From Cyanophora paradoxa CCMP329 (taxonomy: Eukaryota; Plantae; Glaucophyta), in assembly GCA_004431415.1 (NCBI GenBank), contig QPMI01000241.1, positions 1-64,000 on the forward strand: a DNA stretch of 64,000 nt, given 5' to 3'. Below, piece by piece: positions 63,101 through 64,000 of the stretch. Numbering within the stretch: the stretch's first letter is position 1; each line of letters opens with the position of its first letter. The notes under the pieces were generated by a model, which was not told the DNA's origin, did no database searches, and saw only the letters and a program-made list of their open reading frames with translations. A program made the position numbers and the translations under genes.

Positions 63101-64000
63101 CGTCACGCCCGGTGCGCCTGGATTCGCAGAGTCGTGGAACCCGAGGTCGACGTCGTCTGAGTGCAAAACTTTGCGCCTCAGGCAAGACGCTCACGGCGCT
63201 TTCGTTCCAGAACAGTGCGTGGTTTCTAACGTCAACGTCGATGCTTTCGCGAGTTGCACTCGGCGTGCACGTGATTGCGCCCTGCAGACGATCTCCGGCT
63301 CGTCAGCCAGATCGAGGACTGGACGTCCTTCCCCGGCACCAACTTCCTCGCGCCCGGGGCGGAGGAGTGGCGCCCCAAAGACGACCGAGACCTCAAGGGC
63401 ATCCAGGTGCGTGCGCAGTGCATCAGACCTAGACCGACTGCGTAGAGCTTGCTCAGTACGGAAGCTTGCAAACTCAAGTTGCATTATTGATCATGATATC
63501 GATGCATATATATGGGCGAGCAGGTGCTGCTGAGCTCGTCCACGTGCCGGATCAACGACGGGCCGGAGGCCATCTTCGCCTGGCCCCGCAACTCCAAGGA
63601 CCACTTCAACTTCATCTACCTCGTGCGCGCACGCCCCGCGCCCCTCGCCACGGTGGGAAAGTAGGGCGACCCGCGCCGCGGCCGCAGTACGCGTACGATG
63701 CGAAGGACGCAACGACGCCCCTCAAGCTGTGGGCGCGCTTCAACGTGGAGGCCGTCATGAACGAGCTGCGTGCCCAGAAAGGCTCGGATTGGGGCTACAA
63801 CAACGAGCGCATGGTGGCGCGCGGCGACTGCTCCGCACTCTTCATCGTCAAGAACGACAAGATCAAGGTGCGCGCAGTTCGCGGACTTAGATGTACTAGC
63901 TGCAATCCAATCCGATGATCGTTCCATCCCAAGCGCTCTGACACGCAAGCGATGCGCGTTCTGCAGGTCGGGGGAGATGAGCAGGGCAACTCGGACACGG
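60113..64000 (+). CDS. Multi-exon host gene resembling bacterial TIR/nSTAND-associated helical linker + TM + coiled coil + probable beta-propeller; 5' end unresolved, 3' end off window
   Basis: Spliced reading: ELASINWIYMRPTDSFEDGISKINTVAQ|MDLDLIRLHTRLLVRAKE|WVESGSHKNSSKLLTGRDLREALDWRER|...FINASRRRSK|VRKAILITVSAIAIFAIIAGLIAAIIA|...QLAVLLGVLA...AHNALRDFI. Short introns, mostly GTGCG...GCAG. Confidence 0.7.

Overview
The window is eukaryotic DNA in three parts. (1) 1-15154 is the right-hand end of an AT-rich, intronless endogenous dsDNA virus of the double-jelly-roll capsid lineage (Polinton-like virus or small NCLDV-related type). It carries a major capsid gene, two head-to-head penton genes, a patatin-discoidin fusion, a ~2000-aa modular fibre with a C-terminal S74 chaperone, two paralogous fibre-like genes, a zinc-ribbon gene and a bacterial-type AdoMet decarboxylase. 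It then has ~1.4 kb of iterated terminal repeats and ends in a 73-bp nested hairpin that abuts host DNA. Its core genes have lost CpG in almost every context except TCG/CGA, but the distal fibre modules have not. (2) 15155-~57222 is a very GC-rich, intron-containing host gene that the virus has interrupted inside an exon. It encodes a giant (>9,500 aa) type-I surface protein: 31 near-identical 845-bp two-exon/two-intron FN3/Ig-like units, a ~58x [14 protein letters not shown] stalk, a TM helix and a Pro-rich tail. An 8.7-kb fold-back DNA element (37-bp TIRs, 7-bp TSD, ~3-kb internal inverted arms around a 348-bp tandem array) interrupts unit 5. (3) ~60113-64000 is a multi-exon host gene resembling bacterial TIR/nSTAND-linker-TM-WD40 proteins, with several GC-AG introns. 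Many frameshifts look like long-read indel errors, so coding boundaries are approximate.
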